Below are positions 1 to 9,538 of a stretch of DNA of 64,000 bases, piece after piece. The translations under genes were made by a program, and so were the position numbers. Position 1 is the stretch's first letter; every line of letters begins with the position of its first letter. The stretch is from an uncultured Bacilli bacterium (lineage in GTDB: Bacteria > Bacillota_I > Bacilli_A > RF39 > UBA660), in contig CAKOLO010000005.1 of the NCBI GenBank assembly GCA_934096235.1, positions 1,084 through 65,083 on the forward strand. Reading direction: 5' to 3'. The notes below the pieces were generated by a model. The model was not told the DNA's origin. It worked only from the letters and a program-made list of their open reading frames with translations, and did not search any database.

Positions 1-1
1 T

Positions 2-889
2 ATTTCAGCAGAACATGGTACTGGTGTAAATGATTTATTAAAAATTGTTACTGATGACTATGAACCAGGATATGAAGAAGAAGACAATAATATTAAAATT
101 GCAGTTATCGGAAGACCTAACGTAGGTAAATCTAGTTTAGTAAATGCTCTTCTAAATGAAGAAAGAGTAATTGTAAGTAACGTAGCTGGTACTACTAGAG
201 ATGCTATAGATACAAAATTTACTTATAATAAAGAAGAATATACTTTAATAGATACAGCAGGACTTCGTAAAAAAGGTAAAATATTTGAAGCAGTAGAAAA
301 ATATAGTCTTTTAAGAAGTATGAAAGCAATAGATAGAAGCGATGTATGTCTTTTAGTACTTGATGCTACAACTGGTATAGTAGAACATGATAAACATATC
401 GCAGGTTATGCTTTAGAAGCAGGAAAACCAGTAGTAATTGTAGTTAATAAATGGGATACAATAGAAAACAAAGATGAAAGTATGAAAGAATGGAAAAAGT
501 CTATTAGTCATAACTTCCAATTTATGGATTATGCTAAAATAGTATTCTTAAGTGCACAAACTAAAAAGAGAATACATACTCTTATGCCAGAAGTACTATC
601 TTCTTATGAAAACTCAATCAAAGAAGTTAAAACAAGTATAATAAATGATATTATAAGAAATGCGTTCATAGAAACACCACCAGCATCATTTAAAGGTAAA
701 AAACTAAAAGTATATTTTACACATCAATCAGGTACTAAACCACCAAGATTTGATATAGAAGTAAACTCAAAAGGACTAGTACATTTCTCATACTATAGAT
801 ATTTAGAAAACAAAATAAGAGAAAACATAGACTTTAGTGGAACACCAATAATAATACAATTCAAAAACAAAGGAGAGAAAGAATTATAG
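2..889 (+). CDS. der: GTPase Der/EngA, C-terminal part (5' end outside window)
   Basis: The frame is open from nt 2, upstream of the first Met in the ORF track. The translation shows second G-domain motifs GRPNVGKSSLVNALL, DTAGLRKKG and NKWD, plus the KH-like C-terminal domain. Confidence 0.9.
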   Translation: MSAEHGTGVNDLLKIVTDDYEPGYEEEDNNIKIAVIGRPNVGKSSLVNALLNEERVIVSNVAGTTRDAIDTKFTYNKEEYTLIDTAGLRKKGKIFEAVEKYSLLRSMKAIDRSDVCLLVLDATTGIVEHDKHIAGYALEAGKPVVIVVNKWDTIENKDESMKEWKKSISHNFQFMDYAKIVFLSAQTKKRIHTLMPEVLSSYENSIKEVKTSIINDIIRNAFIETPPASFKGKKLKVYFTHQSGTKPPRFDIEVNSKGLVHFSYYRYLENKIRENIDFSGTPIIIQFKNKGEKEL

Positions 890-906
890 AAATATAATTC
901 TTTTTA
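878..906 (+). terminator. Terminator-like hairpin at the der stop
   Basis: AAGAATTATA / TATAATTCTT stem, GAAA loop, followed by TTTTT. Confidence 0.55.
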
Positions 907-927
907 CTTTTAATAATAAAGATATTA

Positions 928-2709
928 ATGTATAATAAACTTATGAAAAAAGAAGTAAAAGATAAAACTAAAAAAACAAAATCTGAAGTATGGACATATA
1001 TTAAAAAATGTATTCCTTATTTTGCCAAAGAGAAGAAAGCAGTTATAACATTACTAGTATTAAGTTTAATAATCAGTTTATTTAATTCATTTGCTCCAGC
1101 ATTAATGGCTAAAATATTAGATTATGCAACTAGTAGTGAGTTGGATAAAGCAATAAAATATACTGTTTTTATCTTATTTATAGCAATACTAATGGAATTT
1201 CTAGATAATATAATTTTCACAAGAGCATATGTTAAAGTACAAGAAACAGTATCAAATAATATAAAGAAAGATGTAATAAGTGGATACTTTGATATAGATA
1301 ATAAAGAACTATTAAAGACATCAAGTGGAGTATTTCTAACAAGAATAACACAAGATCCAAGTAGCATAGTAATGGCTTTTAATGCATTAAGAGCAAACAT
1401 ATCTAGAATACTTTCTAATATATTTGTATTTGTCTACATATTTTATATTAACTTCGTACTTGGTATTATAACTGTACTAGGTACTATAACAGTATATATA
1501 ATTGAAAAAAGGGCAATGGATAAATGGAATGCATACTTAAAAAGAAAAAACAAATTAAAGGATAGAAATACAACTGTTATTAATGAAGGAATAAGAGGTT
1601 CTCATGATATTAAACTTCTAAATATAGTAGAACACTTTAAAAATAAAATAAATGGTAATATAGATGAATTATACGATGATACTATGAAAAGCGTGAAAAC
1701 AGATAGTAACTATACATTCGCAAGAGCATTTGCTGTTAATATGTTTACTGGTATTATAATAATATTATCAATATATTTTGTTAAATTTAATGTAATAACA
1801 GTTTCATCACTAATCGCAGTATTCTTATATAGAGATAGATTATTTACTTCAGTATTATATTTAGCCTGGTCTGAAAGACAATTAAAAGAATTTGCTTTAT
1901 CAGCAGAACGTGTATTTGAAGTAATAGATCATACTAAATATGAAAAAGAACATTATGGTAATAAAAGAGTTAATGAACTATATGGTAAGATTGAATTCAA
2001 AAATGTACACTTTAAATATGATAAAGATGAAGTATTAAAAGGAGTAAATTTTACTATTGAACCAAAAGATACAGTTGCAGTAGTAGGTAAAAGTGGTAGT
2101 GGTAAAAGTACTATTATTAATTTATTAAGCAAGATTTATGAAGTAACTAGTGGTGAAGTATTAATAGATGGATATAATGTTAATGATTTAGATAAATATA
2201 GTCTTAGAAATAATATCGCAGTTATAAGTCAAAAACCTTATTTATTTAATATGACTATTAAAGAAAACTTACTTTTAGTTAACCCAGATGCATCACAAAA
2301 ACAAATTGAAAAAGTATGCAAAATATGTGAACTTCATGATTATATAATGTCTCTTCCAAAAAAATATAATACTTTAGTAGGAGAAGGAGGAGTGACATTA
2401 AGTGGTGGTGAATGTCAAAGAATAGCTATTGCAAGAGCACTCCTTAGAAAAACAAACATTATATTATTTGATGAAGCAACAAGTGCTTTAGACAATGAAA
2501 CACAAGCAAACATACAACAAGCAATAAATAATATAAGTAGTGAATACACTATGTTAATAGTAGCACATAGACTTTCAACTATAAAAGATTGTAATAAAAT
2601 AATAGTAGTAAACGATGGTAAGATATGTGGAATAGGTAGTCATAAAGAACTATATAAAGATAATGAAATATATAGAACACTTTATGAAAATGAATTACAA
2701 AAGGAATAA
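928..2709 (+). CDS. ABC exporter, fused permease/ATPase (MsbA-like)
   Basis: The N-terminal half is hydrophobic. The ATPase half has Walker A GKSGSGKST, signature LSGGECQRIAIARAL and Walker B ILFDEATSALD. There is no C39 peptidase domain. The start could be the Met at 943. Confidence 0.85.
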   Translation: MYNKLMKKEVKDKTKKTKSEVWTYIKKCIPYFAKEKKAVITLLVLSLIISLFNSFAPALMAKILDYATSSELDKAIKYTVFILFIAILMEFLDNIIFTRAYVKVQETVSNNIKKDVISGYFDIDNKELLKTSSGVFLTRITQDPSSIVMAFNALRANISRILSNIFVFVYIFYINFVLGIITVLGTITVYIIEKRAMDKWNAYLKRKNKLKDRNTTVINEGIRGSHDIKLLNIVEHFKNKINGNIDELYDDTMKSVKTDSNYTFARAFAVNMFTGIIIILSIYFVKFNVITVSSLIAVFLYRDRLFTSVLYLAWSERQLKEFALSAERVFEVIDHTKYEKEHYGNKRVNELYGKIEFKNVHFKYDKDEVLKGVNFTIEPKDTVAVVGKSGSGKSTIINLLSKIYEVTSGEVLIDGYNVNDLDKYSLRNNIAVISQKPYLFNMTIKENLLLVNPDASQKQIEKVCKICELHDYIMSLPKKYNTLVGEGGVTLSGGECQRIAIARALLRKTNIILFDEATSALDNETQANIQQAINNISSEYTMLIVAHRLSTIKDCNKIIVVNDGKICGIGSHKELYKDNEIYRTLYENELQKE

Positions 2710-2710
2710 A

Positions 2711-3484
2711 ATGACAAGAATTGATATAGAATTAGTAAAAAGAGGAATATTTGAGACAAGAAATAAAGCTCAAAATGAAATAAAAAATAAAATAGTATAT
2801 TGTAATAACGTATGTATAACTAAACCAGCTTTTGATGTAACCGAAGCTGATATAATTGAAATAAAAGGTGAAAAGCTAAAATATGTATCTCGTGGTGGCT
2901 TAAAACTTGAAAAAGCAATAAAAGAATTTAAAGTTGATTTAAAAGATAAAACTTTAATTGATATAGGCTCATCCACTGGAGGATTTAGTGACTGCGCTAT
3001 ACAAAATGGTATTAAGAAAGTATATGCTATAGATGTTGGAACTAATCAATTTGATAAGAACTTAAGACAAAATAATAAAGTTAATCTTTATGAAAATACT
3101 GACTTTAGAAACATAGATAACAATATTATTAATGATGCAAATATTGCTTCTATTGATGTATCTTTTATATCAGTAACAAAACTAACTAATAAATTAAAAG
3201 AATTAATCAATCTAAAAGAAATAATATGCCTTATAAAACCTCAATTTGAGTGTGGAAAAGAATTATCAGATAAATATAGAGGAGTACCACTTAATAAAGA
3301 AGTACATAGTACTGTTATAAACAAAGTAATAGAGTCATTCAAAGAAAATGATTACTATATAAATAGTCTTACATCATCCCCAATAAAAGGTGGAAATGGC
3401 AATATAGAATATCTAGCATATTTCAAAAGAGATAATGAAAAGAATATAGACATAGAAAAAGTAATAAACGAAGCATTTAAATAA
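2711..3484 (+). CDS. tlyA: TlyA-family rRNA 2'-O-methyltransferase (hemolysin A-like)
   Basis: S4-like N-terminus (RIDIELVKRG) and FtsJ-type SAM-binding core (IDIGSSTGGFSDC). I moved the start to ATG 2711, directly after the ABC stop codon; the Met in the ORF track lies inside the preceding gene. Confidence 0.8.
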   Translation: MTRIDIELVKRGIFETRNKAQNEIKNKIVYCNNVCITKPAFDVTEADIIEIKGEKLKYVSRGGLKLEKAIKEFKVDLKDKTLIDIGSSTGGFSDCAIQNGIKKVYAIDVGTNQFDKNLRQNNKVNLYENTDFRNIDNNIINDANIASIDVSFISVTKLTNKLKELINLKEIICLIKPQFECGKELSDKYRGVPLNKEVHSTVINKVIESFKENDYYINSLTSSPIKGGNGNIEYLAYFKRDNEKNIDIEKVINEAFK

Positions 3485-3542
3485 TAAATAAGTAAAATAA
3501 TGAATAAACTTAATGAAAACGATAAAAACTTAGAAAATATCG

Positions 3543-3571
3543 TTGACATTAAGCTTTTTTAATGATATTAT
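3543..3571 (+). promoter_or_regulatory. sigma-A type promoter of the str operon
   Basis: TTGACA (3543-3548), a 17-nt spacer, then TATTAT (3566-3571). A leader hairpin GGTTTTCT..AGAAAAC follows, ahead of the rpsL RBS. Confidence 0.65.
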
Positions 3572-3662
3572 TAACTAGATTTCAGGTTTTCTCACGCAGA
3601 AAACTTAAAAAAATAGTGATTTTGATACACCTGGAAATGTGTATTAAGAAAGGAGACAAATA

Positions 3663-4079
3663 ATGCCTACAATTAATCAATTAGTAAGAAAGAGTAGAAC
3701 TGACAAAACTAAAAAGAGTAAAAGTCCAGTATTAAATGTTGGATATAACTCAAAAGATAAGAAGAGAACAAATAATACTTCACCACAAAAACGTGGAGTT
3801 TGTACTCGTGTATCTACTAAAACTCCTAAAAAACCAAACTCAGCCTTAAGAAAAATCGCTAGAGTTAGATTAAGTAACGGATATGAAGTTACTTGCTACA
3901 TTGGTGGAGAAGGACATAACTTACAAGAACACAGCGTTGTTCTAATTAGAGGTGGACGTGTTAAAGACCTTATCGGTGTTCGTTATCATATTGTTCGTGG
4001 TACTTTAGATACTGCTGGTATTGATAAGAGACGTCAAGGAAGAAGTAAATACGGAACTAAAAAACCTAAGAAAAATTAA
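3663..4079 (+). CDS. rpsL: 30S ribosomal protein S12
   Basis: [10 protein letters not shown]..., [20 protein letters not shown] and [13 protein letters not shown] motifs. The loop reads KDLIGVRYH instead of the usual KDLPGVRYH. Confidence 0.97.
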   Translation: MPTINQLVRKSRTDKTKKSKSPVLNVGYNSKDKKRTNNTSPQKRGVCTRVSTKTPKKPNSALRKIARVRLSNGYEVTCYIGGEGHNLQEHSVVLIRGGRVKDLIGVRYHIVRGTLDTAGIDKRRQGRSKYGTKKPKKN

Positions 4080-4115
4080 TAATAAATAATTACTAATAAG
4101 AAAGGAGATAATGAC

Positions 4116-4583
4116 ATGCGTAAGAAACAAGCAATTAAGAGAGATGTTTTAGCAGATCCAATATACAATTCAAAAATGGTTACTAAGTTAATCAATGGTA
4201 TCATGCAAGATGGAAAAAAAGGAACTGCACAAAAAATACTATACAATGCACTTGATATAGTAAAAGAAAAAACAAACAATGATCCTTTAGAAGTTTTAAA
4301 TAAAGCATTTGAAAACATTAAACCAGCTTTAGAAATAAAGAGTAGACGTGTAGGTGGAAGTAACTATTCTGTACCTATGGAAGTTCGTGAAGATAGAGCT
4401 AACGCTTTAACACTTCGTTGGTTAATCCAATATGCTAAAGCAAGAAACGGAAAAGGTATGGCAGAAAATTTAGCTGCTGAAATAATCGATGCTTCAAACG
4501 GAATAGGTGGAGCAGTTAAGAAACGTGAAGATACTCATAAAATGGCAGAAGCTAATAAAGCATATGCTCATTATAGATGGTAA
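4116..4583 (+). CDS. rpsG: 30S ribosomal protein S7
   Basis: Full-length S7 sequence ([14 protein letters not shown]..., [10 protein letters not shown] end) in the canonical position after rpsL. Confidence 0.97.
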   Translation: MRKKQAIKRDVLADPIYNSKMVTKLINGIMQDGKKGTAQKILYNALDIVKEKTNNDPLEVLNKAFENIKPALEIKSRRVGGSNYSVPMEVREDRANALTLRWLIQYAKARNGKGMAENLAAEIIDASNGIGGAVKKREDTHKMAEANKAYAHYRW

Positions 4584-4598
4584 GAAGGGAGAACACTT

Positions 4599-6671
4599 AT
4601 GGCACGTGATGTATCGTTAGAAAAAACACGTAATATAGGAATTATGGCTCATATAGATGCTGGTAAAACAACAACTACTGAGAGAATTCTATATTTAGGT
4701 GGAAACATCCATAAAATTGGTGAAACTCACGATGGAGCTTCTCAAATGGACTGGATGGATCAAGAAAAAGAAAGAGGTATAACAATTACAAGTGCTGCAA
4801 CTACTGTACACTGGAATGGTTATAGATTCAACATAATAGATACTCCAGGACACGTAGACTTTACTATTGAAGTTGCTCGTAGTTTAAGAGTACTTGATGG
4901 TGCTGTTGCATTAATCGATGCTCAAGCAGGAGTAGAAACTCAAACTGAACAAGTTTGGAGACAAGCAAATGATTACATGGTTCCAAGAATGATTTGTGCA
5001 AATAAGATGGAAAAAATGGGTGCTGACTTTGATTACTCAATGGAATCAATTCATCACAGACTATCTGAAAATGCTGAAGCAATCATTTTACCAATCGGAG
5101 CTGAAGATCATTTTACAGGATATGTAGATTTAGTTACAATGAAAGCTTATAAATACGATGGAACAGCTGCTCAAAATTTAGAAGAAATCGAAATTCCAGC
5201 TGACATGGTAGATAAAGCAGAAGAATCAAGAGGAAAATTAATCGAAGCCGTAGCTGATTTCTCTGATGAATTAATGGAAAAATATTTAGAAGGAGAAGAA
5301 GTTAGCGTTGATTTATTAAAATCAGCAATAAGAAAAGCTACATTAGCTGTTAAATTCTTCCCAGTATTATGTGCTGATGCCCTAGGAGACAAAGGTACTC
5401 GTACATTAATGGATGCAGTTATTGATTACTTACCAGCTCCAACTGATATCGCAGCTGTTAAGGGTGAAGACTTAAATGGTAAACCAATTGAAAGAAAAGC
5501 TAGTGATAGCGAACCATTTAGTGCACTTGCATTCAAAGTTATGAACGACCCATTCGTTGGAAACTTAACATTCTTCCGTGTATACTCTGGTGTACTTAAA
5601 TCAGGAAGTTATGTTATGAACTCAACTAAGGGAGAAAAAGAAAGAATCGGACGTATTCTTCAAATGCATGCTAATCAAAGAAAAGAAATAGCAGAAGTAT
5701 ATGCAGGAGAAATTGCTGCTGCTGTAGGTCTTAAAGATACTACAACTGGAGATACACTTTGTGATGAAAAGAATCAAGTTATTCTTGAAAAAATGGTATT
5801 CCCAGAACCAGTTATTGAACTTGCAATTGAACCAAAATCAAAAGCTGATCAAGAAAAAATGAGCTTAGCTCTTCAAAAATTAGCTAAAGAAGACCCTTCA
5901 TTCAGAGCAAAAACTGATCATGAAACTGGTCAAACTATTATTGCTGGTATGGGTGAGTTACACTTAGACGTATTAGTAGATAGAATGAGAAGAGAATTCG
6001 GAGTAGAAGCAAATGTTGGTAAACCACAAGTTGCTTATAGAGAAACTCTTAAGAGTACTGCTGAATGTGAAGGTAAATACATTAAACAATCAGGTGGACG
6101 TGGACAATACGGACATGTATGGGTTAAATTTGAACCAAATCCTGATAAGGGATATGAATTTGTTGACGAAGTAGTAGGTGGAGTAGTTCCTCGTGAATAC
6201 ATTCCTGTAGTTGACAAAGGATTACAAGAAGCTCTAGCTGGTGGTGTACTTGCTGGATTCCCAATGATCGATGTTAAATGTACATTATTTGATGGATCAT
6301 ATCATGATGTAGACTCAAATGAAATGGCATTCAAAATCGCAGCTTCTATGGCATTAAAAGAAGCTAAAAATAAATGTAATCCATGTATTTTAGAACCAAT
6401 TATGGAAGTTGAAGTAGTTGTTCCAGAAGAATTCATGGGTACAGTAATGGGAGATTTAACTTCTAGAAGAGGAAAACCTCTTGGAAATGAATCTCGTGGT
6501 AGAGACATAAGCATTAAAGCTATGGTTCCACTATCTGAAATGTTCGGTTACATGACAGTTCTTAGAAGTAACACTCAAGGACGTGGTACTTATACAATGA
6601 TCTTCGATCACTATGAAGAAGTACCTAGAAGTATAGCTGAAGATATTATTAAGAAAAATGGTGTACAATAA
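4599..6671 (+). CDS. fusA: Elongation factor G
   Basis: [23 protein letters not shown] and full five-domain length, located between rpsG and tuf. Confidence 0.97.
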   Translation: MARDVSLEKTRNIGIMAHIDAGKTTTTERILYLGGNIHKIGETHDGASQMDWMDQEKERGITITSAATTVHWNGYRFNIIDTPGHVDFTIEVARSLRVLDGAVALIDAQAGVETQTEQVWRQANDYMVPRMICANKMEKMGADFDYSMESIHHRLSENAEAIILPIGAEDHFTGYVDLVTMKAYKYDGTAAQNLEEIEIPADMVDKAEESRGKLIEAVADFSDELMEKYLEGEEVSVDLLKSAIRKATLAVKFFPVLCADALGDKGTRTLMDAVIDYLPAPTDIAAVKGEDLNGKPIERKASDSEPFSALAFKVMNDPFVGNLTFFRVYSGVLKSGSYVMNSTKGEKERIGRILQMHANQRKEIAEVYAGEIAAAVGLKDTTTGDTLCDEKNQVILEKMVFPEPVIELAIEPKSKADQEKMSLALQKLAKEDPSFRAKTDHETGQTIIAGMGELHLDVLVDRMRREFGVEANVGKPQVAYRETLKSTAECEGKYIKQSGGRGQYGHVWVKFEPNPDKGYEFVDEVVGGVVPREYIPVVDKGLQEALAGGVLAGFPMIDVKCTLFDGSYHDVDSNEMAFKIAASMALKEAKNKCNPCILEPIMEVEVVVPEEFMGTVMGDLTSRRGKPLGNESRGRDISIKAMVPLSEMFGYMTVLRSNTQGRGTYTMIFDHYEEVPRSIAEDIIKKNGVQ

Positions 6672-6768
6672 TTATAGTACACTTTTGCCAATTTTGTTTA
6701 TTTAGACTTGAAATATTTTCAAGTATTAGATAAAATATATTTATGATGTAAAAAAGGAGGAAAATAAA

Positions 6769-7938
6769 ATGGCAAAACAAAAATTTGATCGTTCAAAAGA
6801 ACATGTTAATATTGGTACTATTGGACACGTTGACCATGGTAAAACAACATTAACAGCTGCAATTACTAAATACTTCGGAGAATTTATGGCTTATGACCAA
6901 ATCGATAAAGCTCCAGAAGAAAAAGCAAGAGGTATTACTATTAATACTGCTCACGTTGAATATAGTACTGACAAACGTCACTATGCTCACGTTGACTGTC
7001 CAGGACATGCTGATTACGTTAAAAACATGATCACAGGTGCTGCTCAAATGGATGGTGCTATCCTAGTTGTTAGTGCAACAGATGGACCAATGCCTCAAAC
7101 TCGTGAACACATCTTATTATCACGTCAAGTTGGTGTACCAAAAATGGTAGTATTCATCAATAAATGTGATATGGTTGATGATCCTGAGTTATTAGACTTA
7201 GTAGAAATGGAAGTAAGAGAATTACTTACTGAATACGGATATGATGGAGACAATACTCCAGTTATTCGTGGATCTGCTCTTAAGGCTCTTGAGGGTGATG
7301 AAAAATGGGTACAACCTATTAAAGATCTTATGGCTGCAGTTGATACATGGATCGATACTCCACAAAGAGATACTGATAAACCATTCTTAATGAGCATTGA
7401 AGATGTATTTACTATCACAGGACGTGGAACTGTTGTTACAGGTCGTGTTGAAAGAGGTAAATTAAATCTTAACGATGAAGTTGAAATCGTTGGTTTAAAA
7501 CCAACTAGAAAAACAGTAGTTACAGGAATCGAAATGTTCAGAAAATCATTAGATTATGCTGAAGCTGGAGATAATGCTGGAGTTCTACTTCGTGGTATCA
7601 ACAGAGAAGATGTTGAAAGAGGACAAATCTTATGTAAACCAGGAAGCATTACACCACATAAGAAATTCAAAGCAAGCGTATACGTTCTATCTAAAGAAGA
7701 AGGTGGACGTCATACTCCATTCTTTAGTAACTATAGACCTCAATTCTACTTCAGAACAACTGATGTTACAGGTGTAATTACATTACCAGAAGGTACTGAA
7801 ATGGTTATGCCAGGTGACAACGTTGATATGACAGTTGAGTTAATTGCTCCAATTGCTATTGAAAGCGGAACTAACTTCTCAATTCGTGAAGGTGGTAGAA
7901 CAGTTGGTGCTGGTGTAGTTTCTGAAGTTATCGAATAG
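6769..7938 (+). CDS. tuf: Elongation factor Tu
   Basis: [23 protein letters not shown] and NKCD motifs. A strong RBS AAAGGAGG lies upstream. Confidence 0.97.
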   Translation: MAKQKFDRSKEHVNIGTIGHVDHGKTTLTAAITKYFGEFMAYDQIDKAPEEKARGITINTAHVEYSTDKRHYAHVDCPGHADYVKNMITGAAQMDGAILVVSATDGPMPQTREHILLSRQVGVPKMVVFINKCDMVDDPELLDLVEMEVRELLTEYGYDGDNTPVIRGSALKALEGDEKWVQPIKDLMAAVDTWIDTPQRDTDKPFLMSIEDVFTITGRGTVVTGRVERGKLNLNDEVEIVGLKPTRKTVVTGIEMFRKSLDYAEAGDNAGVLLRGINREDVERGQILCKPGSITPHKKFKASVYVLSKEEGGRHTPFFSNYRPQFYFRTTDVTGVITLPEGTEMVMPGDNVDMTVELIAPIAIESGTNFSIREGGRTVGAGVVSEVIE

Positions 7939-7951
7939 TTTTAGAAACATT

Positions 7952-7978
7952 AAACTCTAGAGAAATCTAGAGTTTTTT
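7952..7978 (+). terminator. Rho-independent terminator after tuf
   Basis: AAACTCTAGA / TCTAGAGTTT 10-bp stem, GAAA loop, then a T-run. Confidence 0.8.
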
Positions 7979-8043
7979 AATACAAAATTATTTAAAATGT
8001 TTTTGAAAAATGTTATACTCTTTAATGATAGGAGAGTAAGAAT

Positions 8044-9267
8044 ATGAAAACAAATACAAAAACAATATTATTATTTATTATGTCTTTTGCTTTAATTGCT
8101 ATTATTAGTGTATCTTATGCATACTTTAGTGCATCAATAGTTAATAATGAAGTAAAAGATCAAGTAGTGGAAACAGGTACTTTAAGTCTAAGATATGTAG
8201 ATGGACCAGAAGTAGTAATGCAAAACATAAAACCTGGACAAACTATTACAAAGACTGTTTATGTTGCTAATACAGGTACACTTGATGCAGTATATAACCT
8301 AGTATGGCAAGAATTAACTAATGAAATAACTAACGATGAAATGTTAATCGAAGGAACATGTACTAGAATGAATGCAACTACTGAAACAGAAGATGGAACT
8401 TGCGATGCTATAACAAGTGCGTCTATTTCATCAAACACAATTAAATCTAAAATAACAATTGAACCAAGTATAGTTCATAAATATGATTTAACTATTACTT
8501 TCAAAGATACAAATGCAGCACAAAATTATAATCAAGGCAAAAAATTTAGTGGCGTTTTAGGTGTAAATGAGTATAAACCAACTCAATTTGAAAAAGATAG
8601 TTGGGAAACAATAGCAACTAATGTAAGAAATGGTAATATTTCAAATTATAATTTAGGAGATACTAAAGAAGTAGATTTAGGTGATTTAGGAAAACATAAT
8701 GTAAGAATAGCAAACACAACAACACCTGATGAATGCTCGACTGAAGGATTTTCTCAAACAGCATGTGGATTCGTTCTTGAATTTGAAGATGCAATTACAA
8801 CACATGAGATGAATAGCACTGCTACTAATGTTGGAGGATGGCCAGCATCAGCTATGTATACATATTTAAATGCTGATTTATATAATATGTTACCAACTGA
8901 TTTAAAAAGTGCTATTATAGATACAACAGCAGTCAGTGGACATGGGTATGGTGAAACAGATAGCTTTACATCAACTGATAAGTTATATTTATTAGCGCCA
9001 AAAGAGATATATAGTAATTTTTCTAATACATCTGATACATCAAAAGATTTGACTAGACAATTAGATTATTATAATAGTATTGGAGTTACTACAAGTAGAT
9101 ATTCAGATGCTATTAAGAAGCATGGAACTGCTTCAAGTACATGGTGGCTTCGCTCGGCTGATTCTATTACTATCAATTATTTCTACATTGTTAATATTAG
9201 TGGTCTCTGGAATTACAATTATGCTAATAATACCTATGGCGTTTCGCCAGCTTTTCGAATCGGATAA
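8044..9267 (+). CDS. Secreted protein with TasA/camelysin-type (SipW-class) signal peptide, beta-sandwich region and DUF6273-like C-terminal domain
   Basis: The N-terminus ...ISVSYAYFSASIVNNEVKDQVVETGTLSL parallels the GGTFAFFSD....AGTLDL signal region of CalY/TasA. The C-terminal half has DUF6273-type landmarks: GDTKEVDLG, NVGGWPASAMYTYLN, DKLYLLAPKEIY, WWLRSA and GVSPAFRIG. Confidence 0.6.
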   Translation: MKTNTKTILLFIMSFALIAIISVSYAYFSASIVNNEVKDQVVETGTLSLRYVDGPEVVMQNIKPGQTITKTVYVANTGTLDAVYNLVWQELTNEITNDEMLIEGTCTRMNATTETEDGTCDAITSASISSNTIKSKITIEPSIVHKYDLTITFKDTNAAQNYNQGKKFSGVLGVNEYKPTQFEKDSWETIATNVRNGNISNYNLGDTKEVDLGDLGKHNVRIANTTTPDECSTEGFSQTACGFVLEFEDAITTHEMNSTATNVGGWPASAMYTYLNADLYNMLPTDLKSAIIDTTAVSGHGYGETDSFTSTDKLYLLAPKEIYSNFSNTSDTSKDLTRQLDYYNSIGVTTSRYSDAIKKHGTASSTWWLRSADSITINYFYIVNISGLWNYNYANNTYGVSPAFRIG

Positions 9268-9410
9268 TAGATCAGTGGTATGTACTTAGAGTATGATGTT
9301 AATAATTAAGAAATGTAAATATTTCCGATTAAATAATAAATTATGAAGAAAATATGATGAGCTTGCTCCGAACGGAAGTGAGGACAAAGCGAATGGAAGA
9401 AAAAAAGAAT

Positions 9411-9444
9411 ACCAGTTATGTCTTATGATATAGCTGGTTTTCTT
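9411..9444 (+). terminator. Rho-independent terminator downstream of the 8044 ORF
   Basis: ACCAGTTAT / ATAGCTGGT 9-bp stem (one G-U pair) followed by TTTTCTT. Confidence 0.6.
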
Positions 9445-9485
9445 ATGTTATAAAATATATAATGTAACACATTTGACACCTAAAA

Positions 9486-9514
9486 TTGACTTAAATTACT
9501 AATTTTGATATAAT
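9486..9514 (+). promoter_or_regulatory. sigma-A type promoter for the GH25/LysM gene
   Basis: TTGACT (9486-9491), a 17-nt spacer, then TATAAT (9509-9514). Confidence 0.6.
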
Positions 9515-9538
9515 AAAGCACGTTTAAAGGGGACTATT

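Noticed and set aside
1122-3549. Minus-strand ORFs 1122-1400, 2770-2976 and 3355-3549
   Set aside because: They are antisense to the ABC exporter and tlyA and show no translation signals.
4864-7418. Several 60-97-aa minus-strand ORFs, and the plus-strand ORF 7556-7777, inside fusA and tuf
   Set aside because: They overlap highly conserved EF-G and EF-Tu coding sequence in other frames. They are shadow ORFs.
9080-9289. 69-aa plus-strand ORF overlapping the end of the 8044 gene
   Set aside because: It is in a different frame within the DUF6273-like domain coding region. No RBS.
9436-9470. dif-like sequence (…AAAATATATAATGTAACAC), and a second AT-rich candidate at about 23090-23115 upstream of the xer gene
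   Set aside because: Only the central and right-arm portion resembles the Bacillus dif consensus (…ATATATTATGTAAACT). The left arm does not match and the arms are not an inverted pair. In DNA this AT-rich, such partial matches are expected by chance.
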